A stretch of 64,000 bases of DNA from Myxococcaceae bacterium (GTDB lineage: Bacteria; Myxococcota_A; Polyangia; Polyangiales; Ga0077539). Position 1 is the first letter of the stretch. Every line of letters begins with the position of its first letter. The notes below the pieces were generated by a model. The model saw only the letters and a program-made list of their open reading frames with translations, was not told where the DNA came from and did no database searches. The stretch spans positions 7,731 to 71,730 of the forward strand of contig SCUS01000054.1 in assembly GCA_004297725.1 (NCBI GenBank), in the 5' to 3' direction. Positions 1 through 10,031 of this stretch are shown here, one piece after another. The position numbers and the translations under genes are program-made.

Positions 1-1
1 C

Positions 2-241
2 ACCCTGGGCGCGGCCTTCGCGTGGACCTCGCCGCACACCATCACCAACACCGACGCGTGCAACCCGGGCCAGACCGTCCCGGCGGACCACCCCGAGTGG
101 CGCGGCGGCTGCCAGGGCAACAGCTCCCCCGACCCGACGCACCGCCCGGTCATCGACTCCGCCGGCGGTCGCTTCCGCAGCACCAACGACCTCACCTGGG
201 ATTTCTACGCCGCCATCGCGCTCACCCCGCGCATCTGGTAG
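2..241 (+). CDS. 3' end of a gene truncated by the window edge; probable secreted or outer-membrane protein
   Basis: Frame 2 is open from the window edge (TLGAAFAWTSPH...WDFYAAIALTPRIW*) with GC3-rich codons; it ends in an alternating hydrophobic strand and a terminal aromatic residue, as beta-barrel proteins do. Not in the ORF track. Confidence 0.6.
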   Translation, partial: TLGAAFAWTSPHTITNTDACNPGQTVPADHPEWRGGCQGNSSPDPTHRPVIDSAGGRFRSTNDLTWDFYAAIALTPRIW

Positions 242-244
242 CGC

Positions 245-652
245 TCACATCGACAGGTTGGCCACGCACACCCGGTCGGCCCCGGCGTCCGGGCGCAGCG
301 CCCGGCAGACCGTCCCGGGGCGGCAGTCGCCGTCCACCGAGCACGCGCGCAGGCAGCGCCCGGCGAGCCCTCCGTCCGCCGCGCCGCCGTCGGCCACCAC
401 CGCCACGCCGCTCACGCAGACCCCCGCGAGCCCGGGGCAGTTGCGGTCGACGGTGCAGGGCAGGGTGCAGAGCGTCGCAGGCGCCCCGGTGGTGCTCGCC
501 GTGACGCGGTCGCAGCGGGTCTCCAGCCCGCAGAGCTCGTCGGAGACGCAGCGCCCGTAGCTGAGCGGGGGATCGTACTGATCCGCGCACGCGGCCGGCA
601 GGAGGGCCAGGAGCATCGGGAGGAAGGGGCGCATCGCAGCGGGGAGCATCAC
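245..652 (-). CDS. Cys-rich lipoprotein
   Basis: Hydrophobic signal with lipobox-like LPAAC and many Cys; overlaps the stop of the upstream metallophosphoesterase gene. Confidence 0.7.
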   Translation of the reverse strand: MMLPAAMRPFLPMLLALLPAACADQYDPPLSYGRCVSDELCGLETRCDRVTASTTGAPATLCTLPCTVDRNCPGLAGVCVSGVAVVADGGAADGGLAGRCLRACSVDGDCRPGTVCRALRPDAGADRVCVANLSM

Positions 653-1821
653 GCGATTCCGCCTCGGGTCAACGTCAGCACCACCTTCGTGATCTCCCCC
701 CGCGTCCCGAGGCGCATCGGCGGACCCCAGTAGCCCGTGCCCTCGCTCACGTAGGCCCAGGTGTCCCGAACCCGGTGGAGCCCCGCCACGATGGGCTGGT
801 CGAGCGAGACCACGTAGGAGAAGGGCCAGAGCTGCCCGCCGTGGGTGTGGCCCGACAGCACCAGCCCGACGCCCCTCGCGGCGGCCTCCGCCACCGCCTT
901 CGGCTGGTGCGCCAGCAGCACCAGGGCGCGCGTCGGATCGCGGTCTCTCAGGGCGCCCGCGAGGTCGGCCCGGTGCCCCGCGGCGCGCCCCGCGGCGGAC
1001 CAGTCATCGACGCCCGCGAGGTCGATGCTCGCCGCCCCGTCGCCGAGCGACACCCGCTCGTTGCGCAGCACCCGCACGCCCAGCCGGGCGAGCTCGGCCA
1101 TCCACTCCTCGACCCCGGAGTAGTACTCGTGGTTGCCCGTCACGAAGAACACCCCGTGCCTCGCGCGCAGCTCCGCCAGCGGCGCGACGTGCTCTCCCAG
1201 CGAGGCCACCGAGCCGTCGACCAGGTCGCCGGTGATGACCACCGCGTCGGCGCGGAGGGCGTTCACCCGCGCGACGAGATCGACCATGAAGCGACGGTCG
1301 ATGGTGGGGCCGACGTGGATGTCCGTGAGCTGCACCAGGGTGTAGCCGTCCATGGCCGCGGGGAGCGCCGCGAGGGGGACGCGCACCGTGCGCACCGTGG
1401 GGGCCGCGAGGGCGGCGCGCACCGAGAAGGCCGAGGTGCCGAGGCCGCCGAGGCCGCTCAGGGCGGCGACGGCGCGGGAGAACCAGCGGCGGCGACCCGG
1501 GTCGTGGAGGGCTCCGACGGCGGCGGCCGCGAGCCGCACCGCCTCGGCCAGGGTGAGCAGCACGAAGAGCAGGAAGGAGCCTCCCATCCAGACGAAGACC
1601 GCCCAGGCGAGCGGGGTGGCGACCGCGCGGGGGAGCCAGCGGGAGACGATCAGCAGCAGCGGCAGAGAGAGCCCGAGCGAGGCGAGGAGCGCGCCGCCCG
1701 CGCGGGTCCATCGAGCGGACCACGCGGGGTCGCGGAAGAGCCTCGCCCAGAGGAAGAAATGAATCCCCCCCACGACCAGCAGCACGACCGCGATGAACAA
1801 CAGGAGCTGGCCGATGCGCAT
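649..1821 (-). CDS. Membrane-anchored metallophosphoesterase (YkuE/YaeI-like)
   Basis: N-terminal TM helices, then calcineurin-like motifs DIHVG, GDLVD, GNHE, LAHQP and GHTHGGQ. Start placed at ATG 1821. Confidence 0.9.
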   Translation of the reverse strand: MRIGQLLLFIAVVLLVVGGIHFFLWARLFRDPAWSARWTRAGGALLASLGLSLPLLLIVSRWLPRAVATPLAWAVFVWMGGSFLLFVLLTLAEAVRLAAAAVGALHDPGRRRWFSRAVAALSGLGGLGTSAFSVRAALAAPTVRTVRVPLAALPAAMDGYTLVQLTDIHVGPTIDRRFMVDLVARVNALRADAVVITGDLVDGSVASLGEHVAPLAELRARHGVFFVTGNHEYYSGVEEWMAELARLGVRVLRNERVSLGDGAASIDLAGVDDWSAAGRAAGHRADLAGALRDRDPTRALVLLAHQPKAVAEAAARGVGLVLSGHTHGGQLWPFSYVVSLDQPIVAGLHRVRDTWAYVSEGTGYWGPPMRLGTRGEITKVVLTLTRGGIA

Positions 1822-1919
1822 GGGATGGTGAAGGGGCTCTCCCGGGGAGGACGACGCGCGTCGCCGCCCCGATGCGCCGCCACCATAGCCCACGTGCTAG
1901 AGCCCTGAGACCCCGGTCG

Positions 1920-3980
1920 ATGACCCACCGCCCTCGACGATCGCCCTTCGAGGCGCTGCTCGCAGACCCCGACCTGCGCGCCCTCGACGCCATCGCGCCA
2001 GCGTTCGACCCGCTGGAGGTGCTCGCCACCGCCCGCAAGGAGCGCCCGCACACCCGCTTCCTCGCGTGGCTGCTCGACCCCCACCCGGTGCAGCCCGGCG
2101 CTTCCCACGGCCTCGGCGCCTCGGTGCTCGACGCCCTGGTGCGCCGCGCCCTCTCGGCCCTCGACCCGCTGCCCGGCGCTCCCTTCGTCCGGGCCTCCTC
2201 GCCCCCGAGCTTCGTCCCTGCCTCGCTGAGGGTGCTCCGCGAGCAGCCCCTCGGCGACCACGCCCGCGCCCCGGACCTGCGCTGCCACGGCGCCGACACC
2301 CGTGGCCGGGAGTGGGTGGTGCTCATCGAGAACAAGCTCGACGCCGACGAGGGCGACGGGCAGCTCTCGTCCTACCTCGCGTGGTCCAGGGCGAAGCACC
2401 CCGGCGCCGAGCGACTGCTGATCTATGTGAGCCCCGACCGGCGCACCCCCCGCGAGGCCTTCCCCCGGGACCGCGTGGCCTGCCTCGCCTGGAGCGACGT
2501 GGTCGACGCCGCCCTCTCTGCGCTGCGCTCGGAGCTCCCCCGAGCGCCCTCCACGCTCGCGGCGCGCGCCTTCGCCGAGACCACCCTCGACGCCCTCCGG
2601 ATGCGCTTCGGGGCCCACCCCGAGGCCCGCGCCCTCGTCGAGGCGCTGCACCACCGCCACCCCCGCGACGCGGCCCGCTGCGCCAACCTCACGCCCGACG
2701 ATCCCGACTGGGAGCGCCTCCAGCCCCTCATCCCCAACGCACTCTGGCACCTGCGCTCGGTGCGCCCCCAGGCCGTCGCCTTCACCCGCTCCTTCTCCGA
2801 CCGCGTCGCCGCCGCCTGGAACGCCCTTCACCCCGAGGCCCCCGCCCTCCGCCCCGGGGCTCCCCACGCCCGGCTGCCCGAGCTCGCCGCGTGGTCCATC
2901 GACGGGGTCACCGAGGCCTGGTCGGTGCACCTCGTGGCCTCCGCGGGCCCTCACCCCGGCGCGCTCCGCCCCCGCCTCTGGCTCGCCCTCTACGCCCCGA
3001 ATACCTCACCCGGTATGCTGCTCGAATCCCGCGAGCACTCCGCCGACCTGGCGCTGCTCCCAGCGGCCACCCGCGAGGCGCTGTCGGAGGCGCATCCCGT
3101 CCCCTCGACGCCGGGCGCGTGGCGCTGGCTGCAGCTCGGTCGCTCGGTCGAGCTCCCTCGGGGCTTCTCCCCCGAGGACGACGCCCGCCGCGTGGTCGAC
3201 CGCTGCCACGCCGCCTTCGGGGAGCACCTCGCCGCCCTCGCCGCGCGCTCGCTCGACAGCTCCCGCTGGCTCTACTCCTGCGACCGCGACGAGCTCCTCT
3301 ACCGGCCCACGGACGCGGTCGACCGCCGGGCGCTCTCCTCCGCGGCGCTCCCTGGCGCCGAGCGGGCGCTGCTGGTCGCGACGCAGCCCGGCGGGCACCC
3401 CGGGGAGCTCGGCGTCGCCCACGAGCTGGGCACCGCCCTCGGTCGCTCTCTCGGAGAGCGCTCGCTGCTCAGCTACGACTACGGTCCTGCCGCGGGCCTC
3501 GGGCTCTGGGACGCGCCGACCCTGGTGGTGCTGGAGGGCGCCCTCTTCGACGACCCCGACGCCCTCGGCTGCGTGCGATCGGCCGTGGCGGCGGGCGCCA
3601 CGCTGGTGCTGCTCCCCGCGACGGGGGAGGGCTTTACCGAGGCGGGTAAGCGCTCGCTGCGCCCGTGGGCCGACGCGGTGCGCGGGGGCGAAGGCAGGGC
3701 GGAGGCGAGCTCGCTGACGGCGCCAGGAGGCGACCGTGGGACCGAGCGCTGGCTGCGGCGGCTGCAGCAGGTCGACCGGGTGAAGCTCCGAGGCGACGCG
3801 ACGGTGGCGCTGGAGGTGGAGGGCGACGAAGGGCGGCTGCCGCTGCTGGCCGGGTGGCGCGAGGGCGACGCGAGGGTGGTGTGCTGGACCGGCGACCTGC
3901 GCGCGGTGACCACGGACGACGAGCTCACCGCCCGCTGGTGGGCGGCGTTGCTCGCGGTGCGCGATGCGCTGAAGGGGTGA
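1920..3980 (+). CDS. PD-(D/E)XK nuclease-family protein (PDDEXK_4-like) with long C-terminal extension
   Basis: ERPHTRFLAWLLDP and PDL...VLIENKLDADEGDGQLSSY motifs; the C-terminus resembles a GATase-like alpha/beta domain. Confidence 0.75.
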   Translation: MTHRPRRSPFEALLADPDLRALDAIAPAFDPLEVLATARKERPHTRFLAWLLDPHPVQPGASHGLGASVLDALVRRALSALDPLPGAPFVRASSPPSFVPASLRVLREQPLGDHARAPDLRCHGADTRGREWVVLIENKLDADEGDGQLSSYLAWSRAKHPGAERLLIYVSPDRRTPREAFPRDRVACLAWSDVVDAALSALRSELPRAPSTLAARAFAETTLDALRMRFGAHPEARALVEALHHRHPRDAARCANLTPDDPDWERLQPLIPNALWHLRSVRPQAVAFTRSFSDRVAAAWNALHPEAPALRPGAPHARLPELAAWSIDGVTEAWSVHLVASAGPHPGALRPRLWLALYAPNTSPGMLLESREHSADLALLPAATREALSEAHPVPSTPGAWRWLQLGRSVELPRGFSPEDDARRVVDRCHAAFGEHLAALAARSLDSSRWLYSCDRDELLYRPTDAVDRRALSSAALPGAERALLVATQPGGHPGELGVAHELGTALGRSLGERSLLSYDYGPAAGLGLWDAPTLVVLEGALFDDPDALGCVRSAVAAGATLVLLPATGEGFTEAGKRSLRPWADAVRGGEGRAEASSLTAPGGDRGTERWLRRLQQVDRVKLRGDATVALEVEGDEGRLPLLAGWREGDARVVCWTGDLRAVTTDDELTARWWAALLAVRDALKG

Positions 3981-4008
3981 CGGGGGAGGGAGAGAGGGAG
4001 GGAGCGGA

Positions 4009-4179
4009 TCAGGTCGCGGCGCTGGGCTTGCGCGTGCGGGTCTTCTTCTCGGCGGCCTTGCCGGCGCTGGCGAAGCGGGCGGCGCGCTCGGCGAGCTTCT
4101 TGGCGGCGCGCTCCTTCTTCTTGCGCTGACCCGCGCGCTGAATCGACTTCTGCGAATGACGGCGATCGCCCTTGCCCAT
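4009..4179 (-). CDS. 56-aa highly basic protein with bTHX-like N-terminus (MGKGDRR)
   Basis: Manual translation gives MGKGDRRHSQKSIQRAGQRKKKERAAKKLAERAARFASAGKAAEKKTRTRKPSAAT*. GGAG lies 7 nt before the ATG and codons are host-like. Absent from the ORF track. Confidence 0.7.
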   Translation of the reverse strand: MGKGDRRHSQKSIQRAGQRKKKERAAKKLAERAARFASAGKAAEKKTRTRKPSAAT

Positions 4180-4304
4180 CGTGATGCTCCGGTAATTGAC
4201 TGGTAGGTCGGTGGTCGACGCGCACGGCAGTCCCGGCGCGGAGTCGATGCGGGTACCACCCGCCCCGCCGCGCTGTCAACGCTGGCGGGAGCGTAGCGAG
4301 CGCC

Positions 4305-6518
4305 TCAGTGTACGAGGCCGAGCCGGCGGCGGAGGAACCACACGCCCGTGATCACCGCGGCCAGCAGGATCACCAGCACCACGGTGCGCCCGGCGTGGCT
4401 CTCGTCCTCGGGGTTCACCGGGAGCATGTCCGTGCGGTCGAGCACCGCGTCCTTGGGGAGCTCGGGCACGAAGGCGAACACCCTCGCGATGGGGCGGGTG
4501 ATGGTCATGTGCACGTTGACCGCCCAGCCGCTGGCCTCCAGCAGCAGGGCCATGTCGCGGCGCCGCAGCTTCAGCCACCCGAGCAGCGCCGAGACGCCCA
4601 TCACCGTGAGCACCACGCCGAGGATGGCGAGCCAGCCCGTGAGGCTGCTGATGACGCCGAAGATGCCGCCGAGCACCGCGCCGATGCCCGCGAGGGCCAT
4701 ACCTCCCCCGAGGATCAGCGAGTTGGGGTTGAGCCCCTCGGAGGCCGGCCGCGTGGGCTCCGACGGCGCCGGGGTCGCGGGCGGCGGCGTCACCGCCCCT
4801 CGGGCCACGCCGACGCCGGTCCCCACCTGGGTGGCGCCTGCCTCGACCTGGGCCTGCGCCTCCGTCACCCCCGCCTCGGCGCGCGCCTGCATGGCGGACT
4901 CCTGCGAGGCCTGGGCGGTGGCGACGTACTGCTCGATCTTGCTGGAGATGGCCGCCGCGGCCCGTCGGAAGGGCGCGAAGGCCGCCTGCTTCACGGAGAT
5001 GGGGTTGTCCACGATCTCCGTCACGATCGCGTCGTACTCCTTGTCCTTGAGGTCGATGAAGAGCCCGCGCTTGCCCACGCGCAGCCTGCCCGCCTCGCCG
5101 CCGGTGACCGGCGCCATGAGCTGGTAGGCGACCGCGCCTCCCTCCTTCTCCAGCACCTCGACGTACACGAGGTAGATGTTGCTCAGCACCGCGACGGCCT
5201 TGTGCGCGGCGCGGTTGGCGACCTTCAGGCAGAAGTCCAGCCGGCGTCCGTCGATGACCAGCGAGCCCGCCTCGATGAGGGCGGTCTGCATGGGCATGTA
5301 GATGGCCGAGAAGTTCACGAAGTTGTTCACCAGCTCGACGAGCCAGCGCACGTAGAGGATGAGCTTCTCGAGGTCGTCGATCTGCCCGATCTCCTTGGCG
5401 GCCGCGAGGTCGAGCGCGATGTACGCCTCGACCTTCGCCGGGAGCCCGCCGTCCAGGTAGGCCTTCATCTTGTCGTCGCCCAGCTTGTCGAAGGGCTCCG
5501 CGGGCTTCGCCTTCTCCCAGGCGGTGTAGCCGTCGAAGGTGGCCTTCACCCTGCGCCAGTCGGCGCGGGAGAGCGACGTCGCCCCGGCGCCGAGCGCCCG
5601 TCGGATGACCGTGTCGCGCAGCGCCTCGAAGCGGTCGCGGTAGAGCTCGTTGACCGAGGCGTCGAGCGGGAGCGCGCCGTCGACCCTCGGGGCCGAGAGC
5701 GGAGCGCCCTGGAGGAAGAGCTCGATCTCCCCGATGGCCTTGAGGCGCAGCGCGCGCAGGTCGTCGTCCTTGAGGCGCAGGCTCTCGGGCGAGGGGGCCT
5801 CGGTGCGCAGCAGCTCGCAGTGGATGAAGTACGCCTCCAGCTTCGGGTCCATCTCCCTCACCAGGGCCAGCGCGGCCTCGGTGTCGTCGCCCCAGGGCTT
5901 CGCCGCGGCCCCCTTGGCGCGCCACTCCTGCCAGACCTTCCCCTGGCTCACGAAGAGCTTCAGCTTGTCGGCGTCGACGCCGTTGGAGCCGCCGCGGTCG
6001 GGGGTGCCGCCGACCACCTCCATCACGTCCTTGAGGAAGGCCTGCACGTCCTCCTCGGGCACCACCTCCGCCGGCACCACCCCGTCGCCGTTGGAGAGCA
6101 GCTTGGCGTAGGCGCCCTTGAAGGCCTGCACGTCGGCGAGGGTGATGACCTTCGCGTCGGCGACCTTCTGCTCCCGGTTGACCCGCTCCGCGGCGGCGCG
6201 CAGCCCGGCGCCCGCCTCGCCCTTGTCGTCGATGGCCGCGACCGGGATCACCTCGACGCGCTTGCGGAGCGCGTCCCTCTGCCCGAGCCGTGAGAAGAGC
6301 CAGTCGCGGGCCTCGATGATCTGCGCGACGCGCACCCGCCCGGTGGTCTCGGGGTCGATGTAGCGGAGGAAGGCCGGGTCGCAGTGCAGGTCGCTCAGCG
6401 GCGCGCTCGTGGCCGCCCAGCGCGCGGGGTCGAGGTCGTCGATGCGGGCGAGGTCGGCCTCGTCGCTGACCATGAACTGGTGGATGCCGCCGAAGTTCCT
6501 GAAGCGCATTTCGGTCAT
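4305..6518 (-). CDS. Conserved hypothetical membrane protein (coiled-coil N-region, C-terminal TM helices)
   Basis: Long ORF with strong codon bias; start MTEMRFRNFGG at 6518; hydrophobic segments near the C-terminus. Confidence 0.8.
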   Translation of the reverse strand: MTEMRFRNFGGIHQFMVSDEADLARIDDLDPARWAATSAPLSDLHCDPAFLRYIDPETTGRVRVAQIIEARDWLFSRLGQRDALRKRVEVIPVAAIDDKGEAGAGLRAAAERVNREQKVADAKVITLADVQAFKGAYAKLLSNGDGVVPAEVVPEEDVQAFLKDVMEVVGGTPDRGGSNGVDADKLKLFVSQGKVWQEWRAKGAAAKPWGDDTEAALALVREMDPKLEAYFIHCELLRTEAPSPESLRLKDDDLRALRLKAIGEIELFLQGAPLSAPRVDGALPLDASVNELYRDRFEALRDTVIRRALGAGATSLSRADWRRVKATFDGYTAWEKAKPAEPFDKLGDDKMKAYLDGGLPAKVEAYIALDLAAAKEIGQIDDLEKLILYVRWLVELVNNFVNFSAIYMPMQTALIEAGSLVIDGRRLDFCLKVANRAAHKAVAVLSNIYLVYVEVLEKEGGAVAYQLMAPVTGGEAGRLRVGKRGLFIDLKDKEYDAIVTEIVDNPISVKQAAFAPFRRAAAAISSKIEQYVATAQASQESAMQARAEAGVTEAQAQVEAGATQVGTGVGVARGAVTPPPATPAPSEPTRPASEGLNPNSLILGGGMALAGIGAVLGGIFGVISSLTGWLAILGVVLTVMGVSALLGWLKLRRRDMALLLEASGWAVNVHMTITRPIARVFAFVPELPKDAVLDRTDMLPVNPEDESHAGRTVVLVILLAAVITGVWFLRRRLGLVH

Positions 6519-6681
6519 TGAGCTCTCCGCGAGGGATTCATGAGGGGACGAGTGCCTGGGCCAGGAGACCCGCATTCCCCTGGCCCGACGATATCTCACC
6601 TCCCTCCCGCCACGGGGTAGCGTTTTCAACCTCCCGGGAGGTGCGCGGGCGCGGACGTGATAAGTCCATGCTTCGAGGCGA

Positions 6682-7422
6682 ATGAGCGACCCTGGGAGAC
6701 GATTCAGCGAGGCCGAGGTGGACGCCATCCTGAAGCGGGCGGTCGCCCGTCAGGAGCACGGCCAGTCGCTGTCGAGGGCCGAGCTCGCCGACGTGCTGAA
6801 GCAGCTCAACCTCGACGAGTCGGTGCTGGACGAGGCCATCGACGCGCAGGACGCCGAGCGCGCCGTGGCCGAGGAGACCGCGGCGTGGAAGGAGCGGCGC
6901 CGCCGCGGGGTGCTGAGCCACGCGGCGACCTTCGCGTCGGTGATGACCCTGCTGGTGGCCATCAACCTCCTGGTGACGCCGCACCTGCTGTGGTTCGTGT
7001 GGCCGCTCCTCGGGTGGGCCTTCGGGCTCTTCTCCGACTGGCGTCGCTACCAGCAGGGCCCCGACCCGAGGGAGCTCGCGTCGTTTCAGCGGCAGGAGGC
7101 CGAGCGGGCGAGGAGGGCCGAGCGCAAGGCCGAGCAGGAGGCGCGCAAGGCGAGGAAGCGGGACGCCGACGAGGCCGTGGCGAGGGCCTCGGAGGAGCTG
7201 AAGGACGCCGTGAAGGTGGGCGTCGCGGGGCTGCTGGAGAACGTCGGGAGGGCGCTGCGGAGCGCGGCGGAGCCCGAGGAGGGAGCTCCCCCCAGGGCGC
7301 GACGGGAGCCCCGCTCGGGGGTGCGCGTCGACGTGGCGCCGCCGGTGAGCGACGAGGACGTGGAGGACGACCTCGCGGCGCTGAGAGAGCGCGTCGCCCG
7401 GAAGGGCGAGCGGCAGGGGTGA
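6682..7422 (+). CDS. 2TM-domain membrane protein
   Basis: FSEAEVDAILKRA N-terminal helix, a HAATFASV...WFVWPLLGWAFGL two-TM signature and a coiled-coil tail. Confidence 0.8.
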   Translation: MSDPGRRFSEAEVDAILKRAVARQEHGQSLSRAELADVLKQLNLDESVLDEAIDAQDAERAVAEETAAWKERRRRGVLSHAATFASVMTLLVAINLLVTPHLLWFVWPLLGWAFGLFSDWRRYQQGPDPRELASFQRQEAERARRAERKAEQEARKARKRDADEAVARASEELKDAVKVGVAGLLENVGRALRSAAEPEEGAPPRARREPRSGVRVDVAPPVSDEDVEDDLAALRERVARKGERQG

Positions 7423-7431
7423 CGTGCTAGC

Positions 7432-7830
7432 GTGCGAGCCGTCGTGAACATCAAGACCATCGCGCTGGGTGTGCTGTGCTTCGGGGCCGTGGCGTGTCAG
7501 GCGCCGACGGCGAGGCTCTCGGGCCGCTGGGTGTACCTGTCGGGCAACGCGCCCGTGGCGGTGGGCCAGGCCGAGGGCCCGGCCGCCGGAGGGCCGATGC
7601 GGCTGGTGCCAGGGTCGCCCGCGGCGGGGGCCTGCCTCGCGGCGGAGGAGTACGTGCAGATGTTCGGTCCGGTGTGCGCGCACGAGCCCGAGGCGGGGCC
7701 GCCGGGGTCGGACGTCGACGTACGCTGGTACTGCCACGGTCACCTCGCGGTGCGGGTGCGCCTCGAGCGCTGCCCCCAGGCGGGGCGCCTCCGGGTGGCC
7801 GAGCTCGCGGTCGCCACCTCCGAGCGCTGA
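7432..7830 (+). CDS. Hypothetical lipoprotein
   Basis: Signal peptide ending GAVAC; operon spacing of 9 bp. Confidence 0.65.
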   Translation: MRAVVNIKTIALGVLCFGAVACQAPTARLSGRWVYLSGNAPVAVGQAEGPAAGGPMRLVPGSPAAGACLAAEEYVQMFGPVCAHEPEAGPPGSDVDVRWYCHGHLAVRVRLERCPQAGRLRVAELAVATSER

Positions 7831-7881
7831 AGGCACCGGGCCCTACGGCCGGGTTTCGGTTAGGCTCCCGGGACATCAACG

Positions 7882-8523
7882 ATGTCCTACGACCCCCAGG
7901 ATGATACCGAACCCGTCCGCCCGACCCGCGGACCGCGCATCGTCGAGGGCGTGCTCGCGGCGCTGCTGGCGATGTCCCTCGTGGCCAACGTCGTGCTCTA
8001 TCGCCGCGCCCCGCGCGTCGTCGAGCGCCCGTCGCCCGCACCGGTGGCGGTGATCCCTCCGCCGGCTCCTCCTGCGCCGACCTGTCCGCCGGCGGTCGAG
8101 TGCCCGCCGCCTCCTCCTCCCTGTCCGACCGTCGCCGCGACGACGCCCGGCCATGGTCCAGGCCACGCTCCCGGCCCGGTCGTCCCGCCCGAAGACCTCG
8201 CGATGGCGCAGCAGGGCGAGGGGCAGATCGCCACCGCCGCCGCGCACGGCGAGCGCGACCCGATCCACCGCGTGGCGCAGCGCAACGTGGTCACCGGCGT
8301 CGACCAGATCGTCACCTCGCGCAGCCCCGCGGCGGCGGAGCGCTTCCTCCAGCGCAACCTCCCCTCCATCGCCAGCATGGACTGCGCCTTCCGCGACCCG
8401 GCGATGGCCGAGCACGTGCGCATGCAGCTCCGGCCGATGAACGCCCTCGCCCGTCCGGCCAACCGGCTGACGGAGGCCGACCTGGTGCGCTACGAGAGGG
8501 AGCTGCGATGCCCACGCGAATGA
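7882..8523 (+). CDS. Hypothetical single-TM Pro-rich protein
   Basis: One TM helix, a Pro-rich linker and a helical C-domain; stop overlaps the next ATG (ATGA). Confidence 0.7.
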   Translation: MSYDPQDDTEPVRPTRGPRIVEGVLAALLAMSLVANVVLYRRAPRVVERPSPAPVAVIPPPAPPAPTCPPAVECPPPPPPCPTVAATTPGHGPGHAPGPVVPPEDLAMAQQGEGQIATAAAHGERDPIHRVAQRNVVTGVDQIVTSRSPAAAERFLQRNLPSIASMDCAFRDPAMAEHVRMQLRPMNALARPANRLTEADLVRYERELRCPRE

Positions 8524-8978
8524 AGGTCTCCACGGTGCTCCTGCTCGCCTTCGCGGCCTCCTCCGCGGACTGCGCCCGCAACATCCCGCCGCCCTGCGTC
8601 GGCGACGCGTGCCGCCAGTGGCCGCACGTCGAGGTGCGCTTCTGGCGCAACAACGGTCCTCCGCAGGGGCGGCGCTACACGGGCGCGCTCTGCGTGCAGG
8701 TCTCCTACGACTGCCCCGAGGAGGGCAGGCACCAGGTGTGGATCGAGCCGCAGGCCCCTCGCTGCACCACCATGCTCAACAACGAGGGCGGCGCCGAGTG
8801 GCTGCGGGTGGAGAACGGGCGGCTGTCCATTCCGTGGCCCGCGCGCTGCCGCGGTCAGCGGGTGGAGATGTACGTGAGCGCCCAGCCCAACTTCGCGACC
8901 TGCACCGCGGTCAACAACCAGATGCTCACCGTCGACCGCGCCACCCTCGGCGCGGACATGACCTTCCAGTGCCGCTGA
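8520..8978 (+). CDS. Hypothetical Cys-rich secreted protein or lipoprotein
   Basis: Start MKVSTVLLLAFAASSADC at ATG 8520, coupled to the upstream stop. Confidence 0.7.
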   Translation: MKVSTVLLLAFAASSADCARNIPPPCVGDACRQWPHVEVRFWRNNGPPQGRRYTGALCVQVSYDCPEEGRHQVWIEPQAPRCTTMLNNEGGAEWLRVENGRLSIPWPARCRGQRVEMYVSAQPNFATCTAVNNQMLTVDRATLGADMTFQCR

Positions 8979-9006
8979 GCGACCCCTCCGCCACGCGCTC
9001 CCGCTG

Positions 9007-10023
9007 ATGGCCCCGTCGCTCGCACCGCTCCTCTCCCAGGCGCTCGCTTCCCGCGCCCCGCTCCTCGAGAGGCTCCACGCCGAGCAGACCGACGCCTATC
9101 GGTTCTTCCACGGCAGCGTGGAGGGGGCGCCCGGGCTCACCGTCGACCGCTACGGCGACCTGGTGCTGGTGCAGTCCTTCCACGCCCCGCTCGACGCCGA
9201 GGCGCTCCGCGTCGTGGAGGGCTTCTACGAGGCCGCGCTGCCCGGCTGCGCGGTGGTCTACAACGACCGCAGCGGAGCGGGCTCGCGGGTGGGCAACCCC
9301 CTGGAGGGAGAGGCGCTCTCGGCGGCGACGGCGCCTCGCGTGGCGAGGGAGATGGGCGTGCGGTACCGCATCCAGGCGCGTCACTCGGGGCAGGACCCGT
9401 GGCTCTTCCTCGACCTGCGCGCGGGACGTCGCTGGGTGATGGCGCGGGCGGCGGGTCGCTCGGCGCTCAACCTCTTCGCGTACACGGGAGGGGTGGGACT
9501 TGTGGCTGCGAGGGGCGGAGCGAGCGAGGTGCTCAACGTGGACTTCGCCGCGTCGAGCCTCGCGGTGGCCGAGGAGAACGCGAGGCTCAACGAGCTGGCG
9601 GTCGCGCCGAGGTGTCTGCAGAGCGACGTGTTTCCCGCGGTGAGGCAGCTCGCGGGGCTGGGGCAGCCCGAGGTGGTGAGGGGGCGACGGATGCCGCCGT
9701 TTCCCAGGCTGGGGCAGAGGCGCTACGGGCTGGTGTTCCTTGATCCGCCGAGGCTGGCGAAGAGCCCGTTCGGGGTGGTCGACCTGGTGAACGACTACGC
9801 CGCGGTGTTCAAGCCGGCGCTGCTGGCGACCGCCGAGGGGGGGACCATCGTGTGCTGCAACAACGTGGCGGGGGTGAGGCCCGACGAGTGGCTCGACCGG
9901 CTGCGCCGGAGCGCCGCCAAGGCGGGGCGCGCCGTGCGCGACGCCGAGTGGATCACGCCGGAGGAGGACTTCCCCAGCCGGGACGGGCAGCACCCGCTGA
10001 AGATGGTGGCGCTGGGGGTGTGA
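9007..10023 (+). CDS. Class I SAM-dependent rRNA methyltransferase (RlmI/RlmK-like)
   Basis: PGLTVDRYG, LFLDLR, LNLFAYTGG (SAM binding) and VFLDPP motifs. Confidence 0.85.
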   Translation: MAPSLAPLLSQALASRAPLLERLHAEQTDAYRFFHGSVEGAPGLTVDRYGDLVLVQSFHAPLDAEALRVVEGFYEAALPGCAVVYNDRSGAGSRVGNPLEGEALSAATAPRVAREMGVRYRIQARHSGQDPWLFLDLRAGRRWVMARAAGRSALNLFAYTGGVGLVAARGGASEVLNVDFAASSLAVAEENARLNELAVAPRCLQSDVFPAVRQLAGLGQPEVVRGRRMPPFPRLGQRRYGLVFLDPPRLAKSPFGVVDLVNDYAAVFKPALLATAEGGTIVCCNNVAGVRPDEWLDRLRRSAAKAGRAVRDAEWITPEEDFPSRDGQHPLKMVALGV

Positions 10024-10031
10024 CGGGGGGG

